Positions 23,780-35,348 of a DNA stretch of 64,000 nt are shown here, piece after piece. Source of the stretch: Naegleria gruberi (Eukaryota). The DNA is taken from assembly GCA_000004985.1 (NCBI GenBank), contig GG738856.1; one strand, given 5' to 3'. Each line of letters begins with the position of its first letter. The stretch's first letter is position 1. Both the position numbers and the translations under genes were made by a program. Below the pieces are notes generated by a model, which saw nothing but the letters and a program-made list of their open reading frames with translations, did not search any database and had not been told where the DNA came from.

Positions 23780-26700
23780 ATGACAAGCAAGAAGAAGAAG
23801 GCTTCATCTTCGTCATCAACAACATCGTCATCACATGAAGAGGAATCATCAACAACAAAAAATAATATTATGGAGGATGATGCGGGTACTTCTAGTAATA
23901 ATAACAACAACAAGAAACACAAATCAAGTAAACGTAAAAAAAATTCTGATGAAAGTGTAGTGGATGAAGTAAAAAAGACACCTCTCAAAGTGAAAATTAA
24001 ACTGGGTGATACTGAAACAACAGTAGATCCTCTCGAACCTGAAAAGAGAAAGAAGAAGAGAGAATCTAAAAAATCCGATCAAAAATCACTTGTTTCAACA
24101 CTTATTACCCTTTTGGACAAACTTTTCAAGGCAGATAAGAAACAGAACTTCTGGTATGCTGTTCCCGAAAAAGAAAAACAGTACTATCAAGTCATTGATA
24201 ATCCTATGGATTTATCTTCAATTCAAGCAAAATTACTTCTTGGAAAGTACTCTTCAATTGGTAAATTTAGACAAGATCTAGACATTATTCACAACAATGC
24301 AGAAAAGTTTAATGGACAAGCTTCCCCAATTTTCAAGGCTGCAGAAAGGTTGAAATCAATTTATACAAAAGAACTTTCAGCTTACTCCGATTCGGATCCA
24401 ATAGTAACACCTCTCACAAATGACGATAGTACAGTAGAAGAATGTATGATACAGATTATAGATGCTCTTAAATATGAAGATTCTTATTCCATTTTCCATG
24501 AACCAGTCCCAAAGGAAGTTCCAAATTACTATGAGACTATCAAAAAACCAATGGATTTTGCCACTTTGAAGAAGAAGGTGACAGATCATAAGCTTTCCAT
24601 TTCTAAGTTTGAAAAGTACATGTTACGTATTTTTTCTAATGCAACAAAGTTCAACCTTCCAGATACTCTCTACTATGCAGAAGCTGTAAGAATTTCAAAA
24701 CTTTCTACTGAGCTGGTAGAGAAGCTTAAATCAAAATTCTCCTCTGAATCAAAACCAACTGTCACTATCACTGTAAAGGAGCCGCAACCAGAAGAGAAAA
24801 AAGAGAAAAAGTCAAAGAAAAAGAAAGAAGACAAAAAAGTCGAGAAGGAAGAAAAAGAAAAGAAATCAAAGAAAAAGAAAGAAAAAGAAGAAAAAAAGGA
24901 AGAAGTTAAAGTAGAACCTATTGTAGAAGAACCTTTTATTGATTTGAATGATACAGGATCTATGAGCGACGATGTTAAAACACCTAAGAAATCTTCCTCT
25001 GATAAAAAGAAAACTCCTAAGACAAAATCGACTACAAAATGGAAGGATCGTGTACGTATTACAGACTTAGATTTTCCAGATTTGGAGGACACACCTTTGT
25101 ATTCTCTTCTTGAATTAGTTTGGAAAAAACTAATGTCTATAGACGAATATTTAATATTTAAAGATCCTGTATCCAAAGATGTACCAAATTACCATAATAC
25201 AATTAAAACCCCAATGGATTTAACAACCATTAAGGGAAAAATAGATGATAAGAAATATACTAAGTGGCGAGAATTTGAAGATGATGTTGATCTTGTATAT
25301 GATAATTGCAAAACTTTTAACTCTCAAGATTCTATATATTCAAAAGAAGCTAACAGACAGCATAGATGGTTCAGAAAATGGAAGAAAGATATGGTGACTC
25401 ACTTTGGCAAGATTGAGGTTGCCGATCTTTCTGAAAAAGTTGTTTGTGACTATTTTAACGAGATATCTGTTGTTAAGACACACGCACCAAAGTATGATGT
25501 TACTCTTTTGAATACAATGGAAGAAGCAGAAGAGGAGACAACATTACCAAAAACTTCTCTTTGCTATCACCTTCTCAAAATTACAGAAGAGCTTAAAAAA
25601 CACGACAAGAACAAATACTTTTGGGAGAGTGTTGACGAAAGCGTTCATCCAAACTATAGTAACCAAATCAAACATTCTATTTGTTTATCAATGATAGCCA
25701 GTAATTGTAACAACAAACATTACAAGACTATTGATCAATTTATTAATGATATTGATCTCTTACATACTAATACTTCTACTTTCTTCTCTCCAAACTCTAA
25801 AGAAGCAAAAGAATCAAAAGCCTTATTGAATCTGGCTAAAGAAAAAGCACAACCTTTGAGAATTAAGACTTTCAAAGATGGTCCAACTTCTGCCAATAGT
25901 TCCAGTACAAACACTACAACACCAAAAACAAGGAGAGAAACTAGGGCATCAAGTTCACTTTTGGATGATATTGATAATTTTCTTGATATGGATGAAAAGG
26001 ATGATTTATTATCTAATGTGAAATCCGATAAAAAGAAGAAACCTTTAGCAAGTGCCTCTAAACCAAAAAGACGAAGACCAGTAAGCACTGCTGCAACAAA
26101 TCCATATAATAAGGATATTGAATTAGGATGGGTGCCACATATTCATAATTGTGCATACTGGCAATTCCCATCCTATTTGCCTGATCCTAATCCAGAAAAT
26201 AGACCTAAATCAATTGAATCCAATCATGATGCAACTCAATCATTCATTGATCCAGCATCCCTATCTAGCTCGTACAGTAGAGGTGATGATGAATCAAACT
26301 CATCTCAAGATGAAAGTGCTCCAAAACCAAAGAAAGAGAAAAAAGAAAAGGAAAAGACTCAAAAAATCACTTCCAATTCATCCGACATTGTTATTCCACA
26401 AAACATTTCAACATCAAAAACACCTAAGACCACCAAGAAGGAAAAGAATGTCACTATTCCACACACACCAACCTTAAATATCTCAGTTCCCCCATTCACC
26501 TCACCAAATTTATTCTCTCAATCAGCCACTGGTTCTAAATCAACTGCTCCACCTCAGGTTGTACATTTAACTACTGTTGAAAATAGACCACTTCCAAAGT
26601 ATTCCTATATCATCAAAAAGTATCGACAAAATTTATCTATTAACAAACCTAAAATTGATTTGAATCAACTCAAGACTATGAATCTTTCGGATTGTATGAA

Positions 26701-27256
26701 ACTCTTCTCAGATGATGAAAGATCAGTTTCTGAAATCGTTGAAGCAATGAAACAAAAACCAGATACCATACCAACAGATAATCTTTTATATGGACTTTCA
26801 GGCTTTAAGGACATTAGCCCAGAAGATGATGAACTCATTCAAAAGTTGGTCAAGATTGCTACCAAAGATGGAGGATTCAAGATGGATTCACACTTTGATA
26901 AGGCTTCACGTAATAATTCTTCACCAAAAGCTTCACTTTCATCAAAACATGTTGAAAAGGACATCATGGATGAAGATGATGACGACGATGAGGATGATGA
27001 GGAAGAAGAAAATGATTTGTCTGACATTGAAGATTTTGATGAGGAATTCGACCATAAGAAGGAAAAGTACACAGAAGAAGCTGATATGGATGATGACGAC
27101 GATGAATTTGTTGAGGGTGATGTTATGGAGAGAGTTTTGCAAGATTTTGAAACAGTTACCTTCCCAAGTACTAGAAGAAGTACTCCCGAAGAATTGTTCA
27201 AGAAGGTCAAACAAACACTCATGGATGAAGGTGTTAATATCTTTGAAGATGAATAA
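23780..27256 (+). CDS. poly-bromodomain protein (4 bromodomain-like units) with K/E-rich and acidic low-complexity regions
   Basis: Repeated F(H/K)(E/D)PV(P/S)K(E/D)VPNY(Y/H)(E/N)TIK(K/T)PMD(F/L) bromodomain signatures near aa 110, 230, 450 and 600. Single 1158-aa exon. Confidence 0.8.
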   Translation: MTSKKKKASSSSSTTSSSHEEESSTTKNNIMEDDAGTSSNNNNNKKHKSSKRKKNSDESVVDEVKKTPLKVKIKLGDTETTVDPLEPEKRKKKRESKKSDQKSLVSTLITLLDKLFKADKKQNFWYAVPEKEKQYYQVIDNPMDLSSIQAKLLLGKYSSIGKFRQDLDIIHNNAEKFNGQASPIFKAAERLKSIYTKELSAYSDSDPIVTPLTNDDSTVEECMIQIIDALKYEDSYSIFHEPVPKEVPNYYETIKKPMDFATLKKKVTDHKLSISKFEKYMLRIFSNATKFNLPDTLYYAEAVRISKLSTELVEKLKSKFSSESKPTVTITVKEPQPEEKKEKKSKKKKEDKKVEKEEKEKKSKKKKEKEEKKEEVKVEPIVEEPFIDLNDTGSMSDDVKTPKKSSSDKKKTPKTKSTTKWKDRVRITDLDFPDLEDTPLYSLLELVWKKLMSIDEYLIFKDPVSKDVPNYHNTIKTPMDLTTIKGKIDDKKYTKWREFEDDVDLVYDNCKTFNSQDSIYSKEANRQHRWFRKWKKDMVTHFGKIEVADLSEKVVCDYFNEISVVKTHAPKYDVTLLNTMEEAEEETTLPKTSLCYHLLKITEELKKHDKNKYFWESVDESVHPNYSNQIKHSICLSMIASNCNNKHYKTIDQFINDIDLLHTNTSTFFSPNSKEAKESKALLNLAKEKAQPLRIKTFKDGPTSANSSSTNTTTPKTRRETRASSSLLDDIDNFLDMDEKDDLLSNVKSDKKKKPLASASKPKRRRPVSTAATNPYNKDIELGWVPHIHNCAYWQFPSYLPDPNPENRPKSIESNHDATQSFIDPASLSSSYSRGDDESNSSQDESAPKPKKEKKEKEKTQKITSNSSDIVIPQNISTSKTPKTTKKEKNVTIPHTPTLNISVPPFTSPNLFSQSATGSKSTAPPQVVHLTTVENRPLPKYSYIIKKYRQNLSINKPKIDLNQLKTMNLSDCMKLFSDDERSVSEIVEAMKQKPDTIPTDNLLYGLSGFKDISPEDDELIQKLVKIATKDGGFKMDSHFDKASRNNSSPKASLSSKHVEKDIMDEDDDDDEDDEEEENDLSDIEDFDEEFDHKKEKYTEEADMDDDDDEFVEGDVMERVLQDFETVTFPSTRRSTPEELFKKVKQTLMDEGVNIFEDE

Positions 27257-27560
27257 ATTATCAGATTCATCTCTACATATTGTGTGTGGTATTTATTTTG
27301 TACATATTTACCAAACGCTTCTTCACTAGGAGTATGGGGACAAGTTAAAATTTTGAATCATTTCCTATGAGTGACATTCTTCATTTACACTTCGAATTCC
27401 CATTTTTTCAAAAATAATAACATTATTATCCTCCTATAATATTATTAATTCTGATCCGATCACTAATCAATGATAATTTACTGAATATTTATTCTTCGAT
27501 TTAATGATCATTTATTGTGTCTGAAGTTATTCTCCCTTCACGAAGAATGTTGTGTGAAAA

Positions 27561-27612
27561 CTCTCATCAAGCATTATTTTTTGATGAGAGTTTTAAAAAT
27601 GCGCTTAGCGCA
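27561..27612. promoter_or_regulatory. two perfect palindromes upstream of eS24: CTCTCATCAA-n10-TTGATGAGAG (27561..27590) and TGCGCTTAGCGCA (27600..27612)
   Basis: Direct reading. Located 77-128 bp upstream of the RPS24 ATG. Confidence 0.4.
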
Positions 27613-27688
27613 GACTTCATTGTAAAATACTCATATGCCTAGGCAACCTCAAAAATTAAAAATTTGTTTCGAAAAAAAATAGAACACA

Positions 27689-28090
27689 ATGACCGCCGGA
27701 AAGACTTCTATCAAGGTTAGACAATTCTTCACTAACAGACTTTTGAACAGAAAGCAATTCGTTGTTGACATCCTCCACCCAGGTCAACCATCCCTTTCTT
27801 CTGCTCAATTGAAGGAAAAGTTGGCTGAACAATTCAAGGTTGCTAACCCACAAACTATCATGTTGACTGGTTTCAAGACTAAGTTCGGTGGTGGTAAGAG
27901 CTCTGGTTTTGCTAACATCTACGATTCCATCCAAGATATCAAGCTCGTTGAAGCCAAGCACAAGTTGGCTAGAAACAAGCTCATCACCCTCAAGAAGGAC
28001 GGTAGAAGATTGAAGAAGGAAAAGAAGAACAGAGCCGCTGCTGTTCGTGGTAAGGAAAAGACTAAGGTCAAGGGTGCCAACAAGAAGTAA
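27689..28090 (+). CDS. RPS24: 40S ribosomal protein eS24
   Basis: MTAGKTSIKVRQFFTNRLLNRKQFVVDILHPG...IMLTGFKTKFGGGKSSGFANIYDS. C/G-ending codon preference is typical of highly expressed genes. Confidence 0.9.
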   Translation: MTAGKTSIKVRQFFTNRLLNRKQFVVDILHPGQPSLSSAQLKEKLAEQFKVANPQTIMLTGFKTKFGGGKSSGFANIYDSIQDIKLVEAKHKLARNKLITLKKDGRRLKKEKKNRAAAVRGKEKTKVKGANKK

Positions 28091-28408
28091 ATTACTTTTA
28101 CAAAATAAAAACTATTTAAAATCATTAAATTATTGTTTGTTGTTTTTAATATTTTTTAAATATTTTTATTTAATAATTGATTAATATCATCTATTCCGCA
28201 TAATACGAATAGTATGACTAATTATTCAGCTTCAACTTTATAAAAGAGCAGTAACCAAACAGAAGATACTTCTAAAAAGGATCCAAGCTCAATCAATTCT
28301 TTCCTTAAAATTCTCAAAATTCAATTCTGGATGGACATTGGACATCAAACCAACTATTATTAAAGCTTAACAGTTGATACAATACCAATTCCTCATATCA
28401 AAAAAACA

Positions 28409-29560
28409 ATGAAAACAATTCTTCTTGTTAACATTGCTCTCTTGTTCTGTTTGGGATTGGTTTTGGCAGATACCTATGCTCCTCAACCACCAAAAGAACA
28501 TTGCTATAATAAGTGTACTCATTACAAGACTGTTCAAGGTCAATGTGTTGATTTTGAATGGACTGGCACTAAGAAACAATGCTGTTTGTGGAAGACTGTT
28601 GGTATGTAATTTGTTTAATTGCATTTCTTTGTAATTTTCGATTGTGTTATTGGAAACATTTCAGGTCAAGGAAAATGTGCTGAATATAAGAAGATTTCCA
28701 AGTGTGACAAGTACAGTAAGGCAAGAACTCTCTGCTTGGGTCATGGTTATAAACAAGTTTGCAACAAGGTAACCAAACACAAGTTGTGTGCCAAATACGA
28801 ATGGAAAGAAGTGTGTAAACATAACGGAAAGAATCATGGTTGTGACAGTTATGGTTATCACTTTATCTGTACCAAGACTGACAAATCTCAAGGATGTTCA
28901 TTGTATACCTATGTTCCAAGAATCAAACATCATTACAAGAGAAGATGTTCCAAATATTCCATTCAACAATACTGTGCCAAGTATAAGAAGATTTACAAGA
29001 CTGTTAGAAGATGGGTTCCAGTCAGTAAGAAACATTACAAGGGTTGGATTGATCATTATTACAAGCAAGTTTTGGAAAAGAAGTTCCACACTATTTGTGT
29101 TGCCTATGCCAAGAAGAAGACTTGTACTGCTCACCAACGTGTCAAATTCTCAAAGAAGATTGGTTATGACAAGAAGTGTGTCAAATTCTTTGAAAAGAAG
29201 TATTGTATTGCCAAGAAGAGAGTTAAATTCTGTGAAAAGTGGTCTCCAAACAAATTCTGTGATTTGAAGGAAAGAGTTAGAGTTTGCATCAAGCACAGAG
29301 TTCAAAAATTCTGTTGTGATTATAAGGCTGTTCCATTCTGTACTCAATACAAGACATTGAAACCAAGATGTATCAAGAAATCTCACAAGAAGATTTGTGT
29401 CAAGAAGTCTAAAGGTTATAAGGTTTGTGCCAAGTATGAATTCGTTGGAGGAAAGAAGGTATGTAAGAAGTATGCTGAAAGAAGTGTCTGTGCTAAGAAA
29501 CAAAAGGTCTGTACCAAGATTGACACTTACAAGAAGGTTGATACCTATGCAAAGAAATAA
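28409..29560 (+). CDS. secreted Lys/Cys/Tyr-rich repetitive protein, 2 exons join(28409..28601,28665..29560)
   Basis: Signal peptide MKTILLVNIALLFCLGLVLA, GTATGT donor at 28602 and TTTCAG acceptor at 28664. Mature region is built of degenerate K-K-x-C-x-K-Y / C-x-K-x(3-6)-K-x-C repeats. More than 40 Cys, very basic. Confidence 0.55.
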
Positions 29561-29723
29561 GTGAGATTCAAATTGAATGAACGAAAATTTTGAAATTTTG
29601 TTAATATAAAGAGTAAAACTCTCTATTCGTTCTTCCCAAAACACATGGTTTTGATTTTATTTGTTTTTGAGAAAATGAGAATATTGATAGTCTCCTTAAT
29701 TGAAACAAATCATAATTTTCTTA

Positions 29724-31400
29724 TTAAACTTTGTTTTTTTTATTGTAGAGGAAAAGCTGGGAAGAGAAAAAGCCGCATCGTTGTAGAATGTCGTTAGGAG
29801 TTTCGCCATTGGTATTCTTTAGATTCATTTCAGTGTAATTAGAGTACATCAAAAAGGTCATGCATTCAATGGCACTTTCCTTTTCTGGAGTGATTTCGTT
29901 GTTTGTTTTAAATTCCATTAGAGATTCCATTCTGCGAGCTGCTTTATGGACTGGCGTTTCCTGCAGAGGAGTCGAATCTTTGGCATTGTAAATCTGCTTT
30001 AGTTGATCAGTGTTAGGATACATTTCTTGGAGTTGATTTGAAAGCAGTTCTAGAACTGGAAAATGACCTCCTTCGCAAGCAAAGTGGAGAATATTGTACT
30101 TTCTCTTATCTTTCTTCTCTATTAATTGATTGTAATAGTTTCTGTCCATCAGAAGAGAACAAACAGACAGCAATTCCTTGTTACCATTCAAAGCTGCTTG
30201 GTGGAAAATATTGATTCCTTCAGGGCATTCGGATTCGTTCTTGATCCATTTCTTAATGCTACCTCCACACATCAACTCTACCTCTTTCTGAATCAGAATA
30301 CAGTAGCACAAGCTTCTCTTCATTCTATTTGTTATTTCTGGTGGGAAGTCCATGTCCTCTGATGTTTTCTTACCAGAGGAGTTGTCGTCTGACTTTCTCT
30401 TCTTTGATTTTGTGCATGTTGCTTCTTCTTTAGAATCTGCACCATGTATTGATTGACCAATTTGAATTTGAGTGTTGGGTGAGTGTGGGGTAGGTAAGTT
30501 ATTGTGCCCATTGATTAATCCCTCTGAATTACAACTCTCTCTGTAATTATAGATGGAACTAATTAGTGGCCTTCTTCCATTCTCGTCTTTAGCCTGAATT
30601 TTGGCACCTCGTTTAATAAGCCAATTCAATCCTTTAGAATCTGACTTTTTAGCTGCAATGTGCATACAGGTTTCTGAACTTGTTTTCTTCGAATTAATAA
30701 CTTCGTTACCAAAAATTTCAATCAACTTGTCCATCACCTCAAATCTTCTTAATCTGTATGCTACGTGGAAGAATGTATTACCATAAACATCTTTGGCCTC
30801 TCTTTCAAGGCGTGAAAATACAAAATTGGTGTTTAAGAACAATAACATACAGTCCATCGAATTATTAGCGATGGCAACATGAAGTGGAGTTGCTCCACTC
30901 TTTTGTTCTCTAAGATTCACATCGAGTACTATGTCAGCACCAACACTGGAGAACGTTGTCAACAACGATAGCAGAATATTTACATGATTGCCTGCCATGC
31001 ACCAGTGAATTGCTGCTCTCTTGGTTGTTCTTTCAAGAGCATTGATATTATATGTTTTGATAAACTCTTCCTTCTTCATTTGAGCTCTAGCTTGAATCAT
31101 TTCTTCCAATAACTGATTGACTAAATATTCATCTCCAACTCTGCATGCCTCAACTATTTCCTGAATCCAATTAGAAGAGAAAGATGGACTCGAAGGTGAT
31201 GTTGGTGACGAAGGAGGATAGAATAATTGACTTTGACTTGTGCTAGCATAGTAAAAATCAATAGCTGCACCATCATCACTACTCACATCAGAAGAAGTGC
31301 TCAATTGGTCATTAAATTGATGTTGCTCGGAGGAACTATATCCAACATGAAGAAACTTTGGATTAATATCAATAGGACTACTTCTCAATATTTGTGGCAT
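29724..31400 (-). CDS. ankyrin-repeat protein (558 aa)
   Basis: Multiple ANK repeats (TPLHVAIANNSMDCMLLFL, TCMHIAAKKSDSKGLNWLIKRGAKI, YNILHFACEGGHFPVLELL). Confidence 0.7.
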   Translation of the reverse strand: MPQILRSSPIDINPKFLHVGYSSSEQHQFNDQLSTSSDVSSDDGAAIDFYYASTSQSQLFYPPSSPTSPSSPSFSSNWIQEIVEACRVGDEYLVNQLLEEMIQARAQMKKEEFIKTYNINALERTTKRAAIHWCMAGNHVNILLSLLTTFSSVGADIVLDVNLREQKSGATPLHVAIANNSMDCMLLFLNTNFVFSRLEREAKDVYGNTFFHVAYRLRRFEVMDKLIEIFGNEVINSKKTSSETCMHIAAKKSDSKGLNWLIKRGAKIQAKDENGRRPLISSIYNYRESCNSEGLINGHNNLPTPHSPNTQIQIGQSIHGADSKEEATCTKSKKRKSDDNSSGKKTSEDMDFPPEITNRMKRSLCYCILIQKEVELMCGGSIKKWIKNESECPEGINIFHQAALNGNKELLSVCSLLMDRNYYNQLIEKKDKRKYNILHFACEGGHFPVLELLSNQLQEMYPNTDQLKQIYNAKDSTPLQETPVHKAARRMESLMEFKTNNEITPEKESAIECMTFLMYSNYTEMNLKNTNGETPNDILQRCGFFSSQLFLYNKKNKV

Positions 31401-32568
31401 TCTTTAATATATATTTACAGGAAATCAAAATAGTAGTAGTATTATTTACAATAATCTCTCTGAATCAAAATCACACACGAGAGCAAGAAAACCTAATAAT
31501 TGTCGTATAAGGTGCAAGTTGTGCCAGATGGTATCTATTGTGCCTCTGTCTTTTTTTAGATTTTTGAATACAAAACACAGGCTTCGAATCAGCACGACGG
31601 TAGTCTAGAGCAATTTCTAGGTTGTTTTTTCTTTTTTGAAAAATTCAGAGACAACACCACCTGATAACCATCCGAATTGCATCAACAACAGTAACTTGTT
31701 GGTAGAGGTGATGCACATTCCTTTTGGTATTTAACGAGACAATTATGAATTGGGAGAATCCAATCAATCGAAAAGACAAAATTGAAGCACTTTGCTTGAT
31801 TGGTCTTGATTGCATCACACAATTGATCCAGTTTTTACGAATTGAGATAGTTTAATGCTGAGAAGGTTTCTAATGTCAAGTTCAGAAAACATCTCAACAA
31901 ATTCAAATACAAAGATGGTTTCTAAAAGACTCTTTTAGTTTAACACGAACACTTTGGCATAAAGGCCATCATTGGTAAAGATATATTGTTTTGAACGTTA
32001 TGAAAAAACTGTTTGAATTACAGTTTGAAATGAGGTGAGAGTTCAAACGAAACTGATCGAATCGTATACAAAATACTTTGAACGGCTTTTTGGTACTAAA
32101 ATGATACACCAATACTACACAGAGATATTTGTTGCATTTGAGATGTTCGTTTCAATATTGAGTGTTCTTTATCCAATTTTCCATTCTTCTGAAACCTATT
32201 CTAATAACTCATTGTAAAGTGAGTTGATATTATTGAGAGTTAAAATGTTAACAACTACTAGAATATTAGTTAGTCTGCATTTAGGCATTTTATACATTTC
32301 TTCACAACCATCGTTATTTACATTTTTGTGTTATGGTGTTATCTAGGTGCAATGGTTAATTATCTTTTGGAGAATATTAAGAATGAAAATGCAATTTAAT
32401 AATCAATTCTTACCAAGTAAGTAGAATGTTACTCTTGAATGGAAGCACCTTTGACGACTCCACTGTAAAGTTAACTCTTTGGATTTACAGTTTTTTAACA
32501 GGAGGATAAAGAGACTGTGAAAATAAGAAACCTTTATGTCTGAAAAATTTCAAATCAGGTGGTGTTGG

Positions 32569-32608
32569 TTTAGCGCCTAAACTTTCTTCGCGCCAAAAGT
32601 TTCCCGCC
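32569..32608. promoter_or_regulatory. cluster of E2F-like motifs (TTTAGCGCC, TTCGCGCCAAAA, TTTCCCGCC) 50-90 bp upstream of kinesin-14 ATG
   Basis: Matches to TTTSSCGC in an otherwise AT-rich leader. GCGC is rare elsewhere in the window. Confidence 0.4.
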
Positions 32609-32657
32609 TTCACAAAAATTAATCAGTTAACATTTTTAAAACAACCACACAAAAAAA

Positions 32658-34157
32658 ATGTCTCAACTTCCATCATCTGCCCAGAGCAACATTTCCATCG
32701 ATTTTAACGATCCTCCAATCGGCCTTGAACAATCATGGCTCGAAGAAAATAGAGACAGTCGTGAAGGACATACTCTTCTTAAATCATTAATTATTGATCA
32801 AATTAATCAAATTCCGGTTGCTAACTTTAATCTTGTTCTTCAACAGTGCAGAAATAGAACAAGTGATGGAGTGAGTTGCCATCTTTCCCAACAAATTGAA
32901 TTATACAAACAAGAGATTGACAAGTTGATTCAAGAAAATCAACGTGTTAGTAAACAATTACACAAGGAGATGAAACTCCGTCAACAATACTTTAACGAAT
33001 TGCAATTGTTGAAAGGTGCCATCAGAATTTTTGTTAGAGTCAGACCATTGCTGACACATGAAATTCAACAAGGAGACTTTACAGTACTCAGATTTTCAAA
33101 GACAAATCCACAAACTCTTTTCCTTCCAAAAGTTTTACAAGAAACACAACCAGAAGATAAGATTACCAAACAAAGCCATAGACAATTCCAATTTGACAAG
33201 GTATTAGGACCTAATGTTCATCAAAAGATGTAAGTGATTATTGATTTTAATTTATATTAATATTTACATTTGAAATATAGGTTATATGACGAAGAAATTT
33301 CACCACTAACTAAATCAGTTCTTGATGGCTATAATGTTTCTATCTTTGCTTATGGTCAAACTGGTACTGGTAAAACTCACACAATGCAAGGAAATGGAGA
33401 TGAAATTGGTATTCAACAATATATTTTACAAGATTTATATAATCACAAGAATAAGGATAAGGATATGTATAATATGACAATTGCATTGAGTTGTATGGAA
33501 ATTTACAATGAAACTTGTATTGATTTACTCAGAAGTCAAGATAACAAATTAGAACTCAAGATGGATCCACAAAATAAGAAAATTATTGCTCAGGGATTAA
33601 GAGAAGTAGTTTGTAATGAATTACAGGAAGCTTTGCAATGTTTGATTTTCGCTCAAAAGAATAGAGCTGTTTCATCTACAAGTCAAAATCATAGATCCTC
33701 AAGATCTCACCTTATTGTGCAAATTTCTGTTTGCAAAATGTTCCTTAAACACCCAGAAGCTAACAGTGAAGAAGAACAACAAAATATTACGCCAACCTGT
33801 ACAACATCTCAAATGTACTTGATTGACTTGGCTGGTAGCGAGAAGATCAACACCAGTGGTGCAAGCAATCCAATTACTGACAGTGAAACAAAACATATTA
33901 ACAAATCTTTATCTGCTCTTGGCAATGTTATGGAAGGATTAAGAAACAGAAGTGCTAAACCTGGACAAAATGCTCACATTCCTTACAGGGATACAAAATT
34001 GACATACTTTATGAGTAATGTTTTTAGAGATAAGCACTCGATATGCTGTATGATTCCTCACGTTGCTCCAAGCTCTTTATGTTTCAATGAATCTTTGAGA
34101 ACACTTCAATTTGCTGAAAGAATGAGTGGAATAGCTCTTAACAATGTAAATCAATAA
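32658..34157 (+). CDS. kinesin-14 (C-terminal motor, KAR3/Ncd/KIFC-like), 2 exons join(32658..33229,33281..34157)
   Basis: Neck GAIRIFVRVRPLL, P-loop GQTGTGKTHTM, switch II LIDLAGSE and HIPYRDTKLT. GTAAGT donor at 33230 and ATATAG acceptor at 33280, phase 2. Confidence 0.85.
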
Positions 34158-34195
34158 ATTAATTTATTTAAATAATATTAACAAATGTTGACAAA

Positions 34196-35348
34196 TTACA
34201 AGTTGAGTAAATCAGCTTCTTCCTTAATTCTTCTAGAGAAATCAGCAATGGTAAGAGAAATACCTTCATGCAAGGCAACCTTTGGTGACCAACCAAGTAA
34301 AGTCTTTGCCTTGGTAATGTCTGGTCTTCTGACTTTTGGATCATCTTGTGGAAGTTCGTGGAAAACTAATTGATTTGACTCGGTTGCTCCAATCATTTCT
34401 CTAATCTTTTCAGCCATTTCCAAAACAGTATATTCTTCTGGATTACCAATATTGACAGGTCCAATAGTAACATCTTGATTCATCAAAGTGTGCAATCCTT
34501 CAATTTGATCACTAACATAACAGAATGATCTGGTTTGTTTACCAGTTCCGTAGACAGTGATGTTAATTCCCTTAAGAGCTTGATAAACAAAATTACTAAT
34601 AATACGTCCGTCAGTCAAATTCATTCTAGGTCCATAAGTGTTGAAAATTCTAGCAACACGGACTTGAGTATTCTTGGTTCTATTAAAATCAAAGCAGAGA
34701 GTTTCAGCAGCTCTCTTTCCTTCATCATAACAAGATCTAGTACCAGTACAGTTGACATTTCCCCAATAAGTTTCAACTTGTGGATTAATAGCTGGATCAC
34801 CATAAACTTCACTAGTAGAAGTGATCAACAATCTAGCATTCCACTTTGTAGCAAGAGTGAGGAAATTATATGTTCCTTGAACACAAGTCATTGTTGTATG
34901 AATTGGATCTTTTTGATAATGTGGTGGTGAAGCAGCACAAGCCATGTGATAGATTTGTCCAATACCTTCCAATGATGTAATTCTTTCATCGGAGAGAGCA
35001 TTAATCACATCAGCTTGAATGAAATGTACATTAGGATTTTCAGACAAGTGTTTCAAATTAACCAAACTTCCTGTTTGCAAATTATCAATAACATAGATTT
35101 CATCCTTGTTATCACTCTTTTTCAAAAGGTAATCAACCATATGACTTCCTATTGTATTGGAGGTATAATTTTAATATTATTATTATTGTTGATGATGATG
35201 ATAATTATATATGATGTTCATAAACCATCCACATCCATTATTATTGCAATAAGTAAAATAATATGATGGTAATTCATATTAGTAAACTAATATTGACAAA
35301 ATAATACAAACCAAGGAAGCCAGCACCACCAGTCACTACAATCTTCAT
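34196..35348 (-). CDS. UXS1: UDP-glucuronate decarboxylase (UDP-xylose synthase), 2 exons complement(join(34196..35148,35312..35348))
   Basis: Exon 1 MKIVVTGGAGFL(G) Rossmann motif. Exon 2 SHMVDYLLKK...YDEGKRAAETL...DGRIISNFVYQALKGINITVYGTGKQTRSFCYVSD. 163-nt intron with GTTTGT donor. Confidence 0.85.

Noticed and set aside
24673-27270. Several minus-strand ORFs (24673..25176, 25735..26088, 26839..27270) antisense to the bromodomain gene
   Set aside because: They are the antisense of K/E/D-rich low-complexity coding sequence (poly-F/S/L translations). No independent support.
28788-29644. Alternative-frame and antisense ORFs inside the Cys/Lys-rich secreted protein gene
   Set aside because: Off-frame by-products of the repetitive codon composition. 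The + frame with signal peptide and Cys periodicity is clearly the real one.
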